DNA from: Bugula neritina
Taxonomy: Eukaryota; Animalia; Bryozoa
Direction: 5' to 3'
DNA: 25,341 nucleotides
NCBI GenBank assembly: GCA_964035545.1
Contig: CAXIUT010000182.1
Location: forward strand, 1-25,341
Positions 1-10,553 of this stretch are shown here, in pieces. A program made the position numbers and the translations under genes. How positions within the stretch are numbered: position 1 is the stretch's first letter; each line of letters begins with the position of its first letter. Below the pieces are notes generated by a model. That model ran no database searches and was not told the origin of the DNA. It saw only the letters and a list, made by a program, of their open reading frames with translations.

Positions 1-650
1 GCTATAATTAGAAATTAATGTAATTTAAAATATTTTTTAGTGATTGCGTTGGTTGTAATTACAAATCCATACTAGAATCCTTTATTTTTACCTAATTCAA
101 TCATCAACTCTATTATCTTTTTGCCTATTCCATGTCCCAAATGTTCTAATTTGGTAGATATTCCATGAAAATCAAGTACTTTCCCTTTCTATCTAAGCAA
201 CGCCTTAACTTTCTAATCAATTTTATCAAGTAAACTCCCAAACATAGCATCTTCCATTTACAATAAATAATTATTTTGATTTTGATAGACTCCTTAACAC
301 CTACTATAATCGACAGCTGCACCAACTCCTATCACCTAGTCACTCTTATTTCTATTACAAACCACTATACTCAGTTAATTTGTTGTCAATTACTATATAC
401 AATGGTTCCAATACCTAGTCGCTGCTCTAGTGGCTAGTTCTACTAGTTATGGCCTCTGTTTTGAGATTGATTTTATAATTGGATTTTATTATGACATTGA
501 TTTTATTATCAATTCAAGAGTTTGTTTTTTGTGATTGGGAGTCATTATTCTGAAGGAATAACTTTTATATCTATAAAGCTATTTAAAAGGATGTGAAGTT
601 TTATATTGGCTGTTGCTGAATTGTTGCTATAGATGCAATAGTTGATGCAT
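1..650 (-). CDS. GNAT-family (AANAT-like) acetyltransferase, 3' end runs off the window, apparent 1-nt indels near 60-135
   Basis: With TAR=Glu, ATG at 650 opens a ~175-codon frame (MHQLLHLEQQF...LSIVVCNRNKSDEVIGVGAAVD...GKVLDFHGISTKLEHLGHE). Small A-run corrections continue it as IGKRIIELMIELGKNKGFEYGFVITTNAITKK, resembling GNAT motifs A and B. Confidence 0.55.
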
Positions 651-661
651 TGTCCTCTACT

Positions 662-906
662 AAATATAGTTCAATTAAATCTTATCAAATATAGTTCAAT
701 TATATCTTATCTAATATAGTTCAATTATATCTTATCAAATATAGTTCAATTATATCTTATCTAATATAGTTCAATTATATCTTATCAAATATAGTTCAAC
801 TAAATCTTATCTAATATAGTTCAATTATATCTTATCAAATATAGTTCAATTAAATCTTTACTAAATATAGTTCGATTAAATCTTATCTAATATAGTTCAA
901 TTATAC
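662..906. repeat. 25-bp tandem minisatellite, about 9.7 copies
   Basis: Unit (A/T)AATATAGTTCAATTA(A/T)ATCTTATC repeated head to tail without spacers, between divergent ATGs at 650 (-) and 1018 (+). Confidence 0.95.
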
Positions 907-1017
907 CTTTTGTATATTGTTTAGTGATATTGAGCAATATGATATAAGACGAAGCATTCCAATAAAGCTTGATATTAAAATATAAAATGATGAATAGTAA
1001 TATAATATTTATCAACA

Positions 1018-3920
1018 ATGAAGAAGAAGATAGACAGTCGGATTCAAACATTGATTTAGAATGGTTATAAATCAAACCAAAGGACTATGCTGATGATAGT
1101 GGGAGATCGTGCTCGATACCAGGTGGTGAATTTACATTACATGTTATCGAAATTATCAACAACAAGAAACAAACCTAAGGTACTCTGGTGCTACAAATCT
1201 TAACTTTAATTTTCTAGTCATCAAAAAAAAAGAATGAAAATGGTTAAAAATATGCAAACGAAAGGACTATATGATTAAAATGTGGATGACCCCTTCTAGT
1301 TGTTTATCGGATCCACTTAAATCAGGTATACCTACTACAAATAATCTCACAAAATACTAGGAAATACCTATCAAATGCTTATCCTACAAGACTTTGAGGC
1401 ACTAAACCCTAACTTGCTCTGTAGGACTATCTAGACAGTTGAAGGCGGAGGAATTATAGTCTTTTTGATGAGAACTATGACCAGTCTTAAACAGCTCTAT
1501 ACCCTAACAATGGACGTACATCAAAGGTACAGGACTGATGCTTTCTAATAAATATAGCCTAGATTCAACTAAAGATTCTTACTATCCTTGAGTAAAAATA
1601 AAAATTGCATCATAATGGACGACGAACTCAATATTTTGCCTATTTCTGGACATATTGACGATATCAAGCCTCTCTAGTCCAAGACTATTATCGATCACAA
1701 AGTTCAAGAAGAATTATAGTCTTTGAAGAAAGGGCTATAGACCAAATAGATCATAGGTAAGTTGATAAATAAGTCTAAGACGATGGACCAGGCCAAAATA
1801 GTAATGACTTTGGTTGATATATTAAACGAAAAGAGCAATAAATCGACTGTGTCTGTGACGGCAGGTCGAGGTCGAGGTAAATCAGCATCAATAGGTCTAT
1901 GTTTAGCTAGTGGTATTGAGATGGGCTACAGCAATATATTTGTGACAGCTCCTTCTCCTGAAAACTTGAGGACATTGTTCGAGTTTGTTTGTTTGGGGTT
2001 ATAATGTTTAGAGTACAAGTAGAGACAAGATTTCGATAGAGTTTACAGTACCAATAAATAGTATGATAAAACTATAATAAGGATAGATGTCTATAAACAT
2101 CATACACAGTTTATACAATTTGTATTTCCCAACGATGCTGATAAAATTGGACATACTGATTTGGTTGTTATTGACTAAGCCGCAGCTATTCCACTTCCTT
2201 ATGTTAAATCATTCTTTGGCTCACATCATCTCTTCATGGCTAGCACTATCAATGGCTATGAGGGCACTGGCCGCTCATTGTCTTTGAAACTTATAGAATA
2301 AATAAGACAAAAAAATGCCAGAGGAGGCAGTTAGTTGAACAGTTATAAAAAGTTCAAAGAAATGACCATGACTGATCCCATAAGGTATGCACTAAACGAC
2401 TAGATCTAGCGATGGCTCAATGAATTACTTCTTTTGAATGCTACTGAAGCTGTAGCATTGAAGGGAGAGAGGTTGCCTCATCCTAGTGAGTGTGAGTTAT
2501 ATATTGTAAATAGAGATACTTTGTTCAGTTATAAGACAAGTAGTTAAAAATTTTTATTTAACTTGATGTCTCTATTTATATCCTCTCATTACAAGAATAG
2601 TCCAAATGACTTGCAACTGCTATCAGATTCACCCTCGCATTTGATATTTGTACTGCTGGGACCATTGCTAAAAAATTCATAAGGAAAGGTGGAGTTGCCT
2701 GATGTATTGTGTGCTGTTCAGTTGGCCTTAGAGGGAAATTTATCAAAAATAGCTATAAATCATAACACTCAAAGAGGAATAAAGCCATCAGGAGACTTGA
2801 TTCCTTGGAATATAAGATAGCAATTTCAAAATAGTTAGTTTCCCTAGCTAGCTGGCGGGAGAATAGTGAGGATAGCTACTCATGCTAAAACTGTTAAAAT
2901 GGGTTATGGATCTAGAGCTTTATAGCAACTTAGCGACTTTTTTGAGGGGAAGTTAGTTTCTCTTGACAAAGAAGTCGATATGTACCACTGTTATAGTATA
3001 GAGTTGATTATGATTTCAGAGGAGAAGGAGTTAGAAAGCCTTTGCTTAAAAAATTGGATTAAGTCAGACCTCCAACTCTTCACTACCTAGGAACATCTTT
3101 TGGATTCACTTAGATATTACTTAAGTTTTGGAGAAAAAACAAATACTAGCCAGTGTATTTGAGACAGACTATTAATGATATAACTTCTGAGCATAGTGGT
3201 ATAATGTTGAAGGCACTATAGAATAGTGAGAAGAAGATCTGTTTGGATGAATTCGTATTTGATTTTAAGAAGAGGCTGACTAATTTATTAGGCTACTAGT
3301 TTAGAAAGCTAAATGTTGGTTTGGCTTTGTAGATACTTCATTTTAAGAGAGTGGACCTTCCTTCAGATTAAGCTGAGTCTAATTTACTTGAGAGAGATAT
3401 TTTGGCTTATTTTATATCTTTGGCTGACATGAATCGCCTCAAAAGTTATACTAGAAATCAGGTCGACTACCATTTGATTGTTGACTTGATTCCAGTTATA
3501 TCTAAGTTGTATTTTACTGGTAGACTTGGAAAATAACTTAACTTAGGTTATATTAACCAAGCCATTTTGGTTGGCCTAGGACTGCAAATGAAAACCTTTG
3601 ATTAAATATGTAAAGATCTAAAAGATCTATAAGTTAAAAATGCTCTACCTATCTTTCAAAAAACTATGATTAAATTTTATAGATTAATCTAGAAGTGCTA
3701 TAGTGTACTATTTGATATTATATAGAAAGAGGCTGTGAGTAAGTTACCTGAACAGATGGCAGCCAAGGGAAACAGAGTATTACCTCAGAAGGGAGTCGAG
3801 ATGGATGACAATATAGAACTAAATGCTGAATTATTGGCTGAATAGAAAGTTGAAGGATCTAAAAGGTTGTTTTCTAGAGATAGTGAGAAGATTTCAGGGA
3901 AGAAGAAGGTTAAATTATGA
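1018..3920 (+). CDS. NAT10: RNA cytidine acetyltransferase NAT10/Kre33
   Basis: MKKKIDSRIQTLIENG...VLWCYK...LQDFEALNPNLLCRTIETVEGGG...TAGRGRGKSAS...VVIDEAAAIP...STINGYEGTGRSLSLK...SSHYKNSPNDLQ...PSGDLIPW...VYLRQT with TAR=Glu. One 20-nt intron (2982-3001) restores the frame. Ends TGA TGA. Confidence 0.97.
2982..3001 (+). other. 20-nt spliceosomal intron in NAT10
   Basis: GTACCACTGTTATAGTATAG. Removal joins the upstream frame to the conserved RKPLL...LHYLGTSFG frame. Confidence 0.88.
3705..3725 (+). other. candidate 21-nt in-frame intron in NAT10
   Basis: GTACTATTTGATATTATATAG matches the GTAC...TAG pattern but is 3n and stop-free, so frame does not require it. Confidence 0.5.
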
Positions 3921-3984
3921 TGATTTACTTATCAAGTTCGATTATAGGATATGAATGATAATATAATTATTAAATTGGCGGCAA

Positions 3985-5199
3985 ATGTAGTAACCACACC
4001 CAGTAGTCGACACCACTCTTAACGCGAATATAACCAAAGAGTTGATATGGAGAAGAAATGCTCCTTACTTCTATCAAACTCTATACACACAAGTTTTGGA
4101 GTGGCCTTCTTTAGCTATCGAGTGGTGGACTGATGAATATTCTAGTTCTACTGTCCATAGTAGCAAAGAAGAGAAGTCACTTTGTTATGTCACTTATGGC
4201 ACCCACACCTCTGGGTCAGATAAAAACTACCTTATCATGGCTAAAGTATATCTCCCTAACCAGCAATACATCAAAAAACTTCATCGATAAAGTAAACATA
4301 AAGCTATGATAGAAACTATCAAGCCTAGTGATGCTATAAAGAAAAACGATGGCACAATGGAAGATAGGATAGTTGTGCAACATGAAGTATAACATGATGG
4401 TGAAGTAAATCGCATCAAACACCATCCAAGGAAAACCAACCTGATAGCAACAAGGACTCCATTGGGTGAGGTGCATATCTTCGATAAGACCACTTTCAAG
4501 ACGGGAAGAGTCAAAGTAAATCCTTCAATAGTGCTGATGGGTCACTAGACTGAAGGATACTCTCTTTAGTGGAATCCCCATCGAGACGGCTATATTGTGG
4601 CTGGCAGCTATGATGGCAACTTGACTCTTTGGGACATATCTACTAAAGAATAGAACAATAGAGTGCAGCCTCTGTGCTATTTCAATTACCATCAGAAATA
4701 GATTGAGGATGTGAGTCATAACCAGTATCATGATTGTATATTTGGTTCATGCGATGATGAAGGCCAGGTGGTCTTATGGGACACTAGAAATGCTAAATAC
4801 CCTGTCTATCACTTCCATGCTGATAAGTCATAGTTATATTCTATTCAGTTTTCTCCAATGAATAGAAATATCTTCTGTACTGGTGGAACTTAAAAAACTA
4901 TCAAACTATGGGATGTTAGAAATATGTCAGAGCCAATAGCCCTGATGAAAGACCTCAACAACTAGTAAATAACTCAATTGAAATGGAGTCACACCTAGAA
5001 AGAGATGTTGTGGTCTGTGAGTGGCAACAGTTTGACTATGTGGGACTTGAATGACGCTAAGGCTAAATTCGTTCATGCCGGTCATATGCAAAACATCAAC
5101 CAAATCGACCTGCATCCAATCGAACCAAGAACTGTTGCTTCTGTCGATAACTAAAATTAAATACATGTGTTTCAGCCTTCTAAAAATGCAACTATATGA
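3985..5199 (+). CDS. RBBP4/MSI1/p55-like WD40 histone-binding protein (404 aa)
   Basis: Starts ATG TAG TAA (MEE). IWRRNAPYFYQTLYTQVLEWPSL, GTHTSGSDKNYL, HDGEVNR, GHETEGYSLEWNP, LWD repeats, FVHAGH. Uninterrupted frame ending TGA TGA. Confidence 0.92.
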
Positions 5200-5245
5200 T
5201 GATCAAATTTAACTATTATTAATTTATTTATGCATTGAGTGATAA

Positions 5246-8200
5246 TCATTTCTGCTGACTCAAATTCTACTTGTTTACATCTTCAACTGTTAATTGCTTT
5301 ATCTCTTATACCCTTTTCAAGTCTTATACTTGAGGCCTTTTCAAGTCTTATACTTGAAACTTTTTCAGCTCTTAAACTTGAGGCTTTTTCAGGTCTTATA
5401 GTTGAGGCTTTTTCAAGTCTTACAATGGGGTCTTGGTACCATATGCTGGCTTTAAGCTACTGATATAGCTATGAGTTTTTATGGTACTTTTTTGTTCTGT
5501 TTTTATTTTTTTCAATTAGTTTTTGTATTTTTCTTAATTTTTTTAGCATTTTTTGATTTTATCTTTAAGATTGCTAATTTCTTAGTTCATGAGATCTTTT
5601 TAGTAATTCCATTTGGATCTTTATTTTTCTAGTTAGAATTTGATGGTCATTTTTTATTGTTCTAGATCTTTATTTTTGATTTAGATGAGATTCATTTTGT
5701 TTTTATGGTTTTATTTTTCCTGACTTTATTTTTTAAGATATTAATTATCTTTTTATTAATTAGCGTTTCTTAATCTTTAGGTTTATTATCTTAATTTTTT
5801 TTAATTTTGTTATTTTTAGTGTTCCAATTTATCTAGTTTCATACTATAGAACTATTTTTGATTTCTTTCTAATTAATATTTTTATCTTAACTATTTTATT
5901 AATTGTTCTCTTTATTTTATATTTATTCTGTACTAACTTAGATTCTTTTATACTTAACTTTTCAGCTATGTTATTTGGCTGGTTAGTTTGGTCTAAGTTA
6001 CTCTTATTGTCTAGTTATAAGTATTATTAGCTGCATTTTTCTAATTATTTCTATAAGTTCTAATGTTCTATAATTAAAGTTACAAGTTCTTTATTCTTTA
6101 CTAGCTATCTTTCTTATTCTCATCTTTTGATTTTGTTAAAAACTATATTCTTTGCTCATTTAAACTGTTTTGCTTTTATGATTATAGTTTTAGGACCTGA
6201 TGATCATTTTATAGTTTCTAAAAATCATGTCTTGTTTTCTTTATCTATCTCTAGTAACTATCTCTTGTACTATTTATTGTCTATTTTTGTTGAGACACTT
6301 GCAATTTGAGTTTATTGATTTAAGACTATTTCTATTTTTAATAACTTTTATATTTCTATTCGGCTCTAGTTATTCTGATGTTTAAATCTTATTTTTATCT
6401 TGAAAACTAATTCATGTGTTTAAGATATTCTGCATCTTTTTATTTAGATACTGTTTTGAGAGATCGATATTTGGTTTAAAGTTATCTTTTTTAATTATTT
6501 ATTTTTTATAAGTTATTTTTATACTCCAATTCTTTTTATTCTTTATAATTAGCCATCTTTTATTCATAATTGCGATCACTTATTTATATTTTATGTTAAA
6601 GTTATTTGCTATTGTTGAAGAAATCTTTTTGAGTTAACAAGCATTTTGAGTTTAGAAGTTGGATAGTTTTTTAGTGATTTTACCTTATATTTGTGCATGT
6701 TTTGATTCTTAGTTTTTCATTTTATGTTTATAAATTTTGCTTTAAAGAGATAAACTCTCTCTATAGATCAACTAACTTCCTCTATTTAGTCTATGAAGAA
6801 TTATAGTAGTTATCTCTTTAATGAGTAAGATCTAAATTCTATTTTTATTTATCATTTACTTTCTTATGTAATTCTTCTATCTTTCTCTACCAATTTTTAT
6901 TTATCTACTTTATATTAACTATTCAATGTCTAATATCTATAGTTGAAATCCAACTCTTTCTTTTATAGTTCTTATCTTATCTGCTTATATTGCTTTTATA
7001 ATGTTTATAGTTTCTTTGTGGTGTTATCTAGCTATTATTGCATCTTTTTGGTCGTGTTAGCCAACATTTCTTCAGTATTTGATTTCTTTCTTTAAGTTAT
7101 TATATCTAATTTCTATATTCTTCAGCTTATTCCTTCGAGTTTCTTTTAGTGTTCATCATTTAACTCATCTATTCTATTCTCATATTTATCTTTCCTACTT
7201 TCTCAACCTTCTCTATAAGTTCTCTTTCTCAAGCTCATAATTATTTCTATCTGAGCAATGTTCTGATCGCACACTCGACCCAAATCACTCTTCTCATTCT
7301 CTGCCTTCTACTTCACCTCCTATATCTCATTCTATAGTTAACTTATCCTTTTCTTCATGTGAGCTATCATCTTGAAGTTTTGACTTTATTTCTCATGTTT
7401 TTATGATTTTTGAGTAGTTTCAAGATGAATGAGATTTCTTTTATATTCCTCAATAGCATTTTGACTCTCTATCTTTAAATCTTAATATTCTTTTGATATT
7501 TTTTTAAGTTCCTCCTACAAAGACACCTTCTACTATCTCATAGTTTCCAGTTCAAAGTTAAGTTTTGTACAAGTACTTTAAAAGGTACTTTTCATGGAGG
7601 TTATTTCCATCTAACATTAGCTTTTATTGATGTTATTTGTATTTTCACTGTTTATTAATTTTTGTTTTGATAATTTTTTTACATATTCTCAATATTCCAT
7701 TTATGTTTTTATTTCATCTGTTTATAATTTTATTTCAATGTCTCAAACTCTACGTGTTCCATCTAGTTCTTTTGTTTTTAAAGACTTAGTTATTTCTAAT
7801 AGTCAGCTTGAGCAGTAGTTGAAGCATTCAATATTTATTTTATTTTTATTTCAAGTTATTTTACTCTTTCTGCACTAGAATTAGAACCATTATATAGTTA
7901 TTCTTTTAGTTTTAGAATTTTATCTTGAAGTTATTTTTTTTCTAGTTCAAAATTATATTTTATGTTTTAAAGTTATCTGTTTTTATTGTAAATATCATTT
8001 TTATAATTTTTTTATTTATCGTTAAAGTTTTAAAGTGTTTTGGTCATTTATTTATTTATTACTTCAAGTTATTTTTATAGATTTTATTGTTTTTATTAAT
8101 ATTATTTTATTCTTTTATTCAATTATTATTTTACCTTTATTTCCTTTAAGTTACTTCTTTTACCTTCTTTATCATCTAATTTTATACCTTGCTAGAATTT

Positions 8201-10101
8201 GTTTATAAATCTTTCTATTTCTTACTAAGTTTATTAAGTTTGATAGCTTAAATCTTTTATCTTAAAATCTAGTATTGTCTTTTATTTCTACCAAGTTCTT
8301 TTCTATTTATTAAAGTTACTTTAATTCTATTCTATCTTTACATCATCTCTCTCAACTTTTCCTTATAATATCTTTCTATTACTTTACTGTTCATGATATT
8401 TAGTTGAAAATTATCTTTACATCTTTCTTTACTATTATTCTTTTGATTTTGAAGTAAGTGATAATTGAGTGGATATTGTCTATATTTTATGACTAAGTTA
8501 TGATATCTTTTGATCACTTGAGTAGTAGATTCAATATATTATTTCTTTAGTTGTTATTTTTATTATTTAGTGATTAGAGTTGATCTGTTAATTATTTTTA
8601 TTTCGTCTTGAACATTTATTTGTCTTTTATTGATTTCTAGTAAAGTTTTGAAGAGAAATCTGCTCCTTGCGCTGATAATTTTTTCGTAGCTTATAAGTAT
8701 ATGACTTTGTAGTTATGTAATTTAGGACCTTATTGATTTAATCTTTAAGTAAGCACAGCTATTTCTTGTTAGAATTCAAAAAAAGTTTTATATTCTTGAT
8801 GATTTATTTTCTTTCTAATTGCTTGTACTTCTTTTATTATATAAGATCTTAAATTCTAATTTGATAATCTTATATTTTCCTCTTTAACTTATTTTGTCTG
8901 ATTCCTTATTCTTGACTTTAATTATTTCAGTACAAAAGCTGACTTCTATCCTAAGGCCTTTTATCTAAACGTTTATATTGCTTTCTCTCAGCTTCACTTA
9001 TTATTTTATAAAATTCTTCTTCAGGTTTAGGAAAGTCTCTAAACCCATCTTTTATTTCTTTGATAAATAACTCATAACAATCATCAAGTGATTTTTGACA
9101 TTGCTACTCACACATATAATTCCATGCATTCTATATATTAGGAACAGCTCCTTCGTTAATAGCACTAACATAAGAATTTATCATTGAACAATACATGTCC
9201 GTTAAGTTATTTATTTTGAAGACTTTTCACTTAGCTGAGGACAATATTCTCTTTCTAAAGTTCATTGCTTGTTGGACAAACTAAGGACGAAGTTCATCGT
9301 GACTCATTTTATCTAGGTTTTGTAGTTTTTGTTAATCAACAAGAGGTCTGATCATAGTAAAGCAATCTCTATCTTTAAAGAAAGCAGTTAGTAATCTTCT
9401 TATTCTATTCTTTTATTCAATGTCTTCTGAAAAGCCATTTTGAGGAGCTAAAGCCTTCTCAAGGTATTCTTTTGAATTTATAGCATTTCCCCTGAGCATC
9501 TTGTAGTTGAAGAGAAAAATCTCTTACCACCCAATAAAATGTTGGGAAAACATAAAGATATTTCATCTGGATCTTCTCCATCTTCCTATTGTCCATTGGC
9601 CTTCAGTTGAATGTTCTTAGTCAAGTTTACTACAAGACTCAAGTTTTGAAGAGCATTCTAGTCAATAGACCCAACAGAGTTATAGATAAAACAACTTGAA
9701 GCCCAAATATTGCTAAAGTAAAAATTTTAGTGTCATGAGTTTGATCTTCATCTAAGCTCCAATTCCTTAGGTATCGATGACGATGATGTTGATAGGGTCT
9801 CCATCTGACGATGTTCCTTTGATGGGAGTTCCCCAACACCATAGACCTTTAGTGCAAGGATTGACAGTAGGTCCAACTCCAAAGCCGTTGCTTCTGTTGA
9901 GAAGGACTCGGTTGAGAAGGTATGATTTTCCTGTTCTGTAGATGCCTGCAACAGATACAACAGAGATGGGTCCTTGTATGGCTTTGAAGAACTTGATGGC
10001 TTGGTTGGTGAGGACGTATTCTGAATAGATGAAGGAGTACTTCCTGTGTTTTAGTGGACTTAGACCATGGGGATGGCCTGTTCTATGAAGGGCGAGTCCA
10101 T
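5246..10101 (-). CDS. Guanylate-binding protein (GBP/atlastin-type GTPase) with very long coiled-coil C-terminus (~1600 aa), several apparent 1-nt indels
   Basis: MDSPFIEQAIPMVEVHENTG, intron, KYVLT...VAGIYRTGKSYLLN (P-loop), CTKGLW, IDTEGIG, FIYNSVGSIDE, WVVRDFSL, AINEGAVPNIENAW, then K/E-rich coiled coil to a TGA at 5248-5246. Continuity of the whole coiled coil was not checked codon by codon. Confidence 0.85.
5312..5423 (-). repeat. 24-bp coding repeat at the GBP C-terminus
   Basis: Encodes EDLKKPQL EDLKKPQV EELKKFQV EDLKRPQV EDLKR, with TAA as the first Glu of each unit. Confidence 0.85.
10021..10040 (-). other. 20-nt intron in GBP
   Basis: Minus strand GTACTCCTTCATCTATTCAG. Removal joins ATG 10101 to the GTPase frame. 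Confidence 0.88.
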
Positions 10102-10382
10102 GATTCAAATTCAAATTTATTTATATTGTTAGATAAATTCAAATTGATTTAAGAGTGTTTTAGTTTAATTCAAATTATAACCAAAACACAATAAATAAAT
10201 ATTAAACATCTAATATCAATCGATACTCTAGCACTAGACATTTAAATAATAATACTATATGGCAATAATATTTATGAAATGAACAGAATTGTTTAATAAA
10301 AATTATTAGCATGATCCAAAGAATAGTATCTTATCATTGGTTCATCATTAGTTATTAAATTACGACTAATATTTTGCTTTTT

Positions 10383-10553
10383 ATTTATTCATCTATCTGA
10401 ACTAAAATTTGTTATTCTATTAAGGTTAGCATTTATTCATCTATTTAAGCTAGCATTTATTGATCTATTAAGGTAAGCATTTGTTATTCTATTTAGGTTA
10501 GCATTTATTCATCTATTTAGGTTAGCATTTGTTGATCTATTGAGGTTGGCATT
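10383..10553. repeat. 24-bp degenerate tandem repeat, about 7 copies, possibly coding on the minus strand
   Basis: Unit ~TTAGCATTTATTCATCTATTTAGG. One minus-strand frame is open: MLTEIDEE-like octapeptides. Confidence 0.85.

Noticed and set aside
662-906. CRISPR array
   Set aside because: Repeats are contiguous with no spacers, no cas genes are present, and the context is eukaryotic.
1018-3920. Standard ciliate code (UAR=Gln) or UAA=Lys/UAG=Glu code
   Set aside because: TAA occupies invariant Glu positions (DEAAAIP, RFNERF, DTEG).
9225-9235. Euplotes-style programmed frameshifting at stop codons
   Set aside because: Most frame breaks do not coincide with TGA or a shared slippery motif and they go in both directions.
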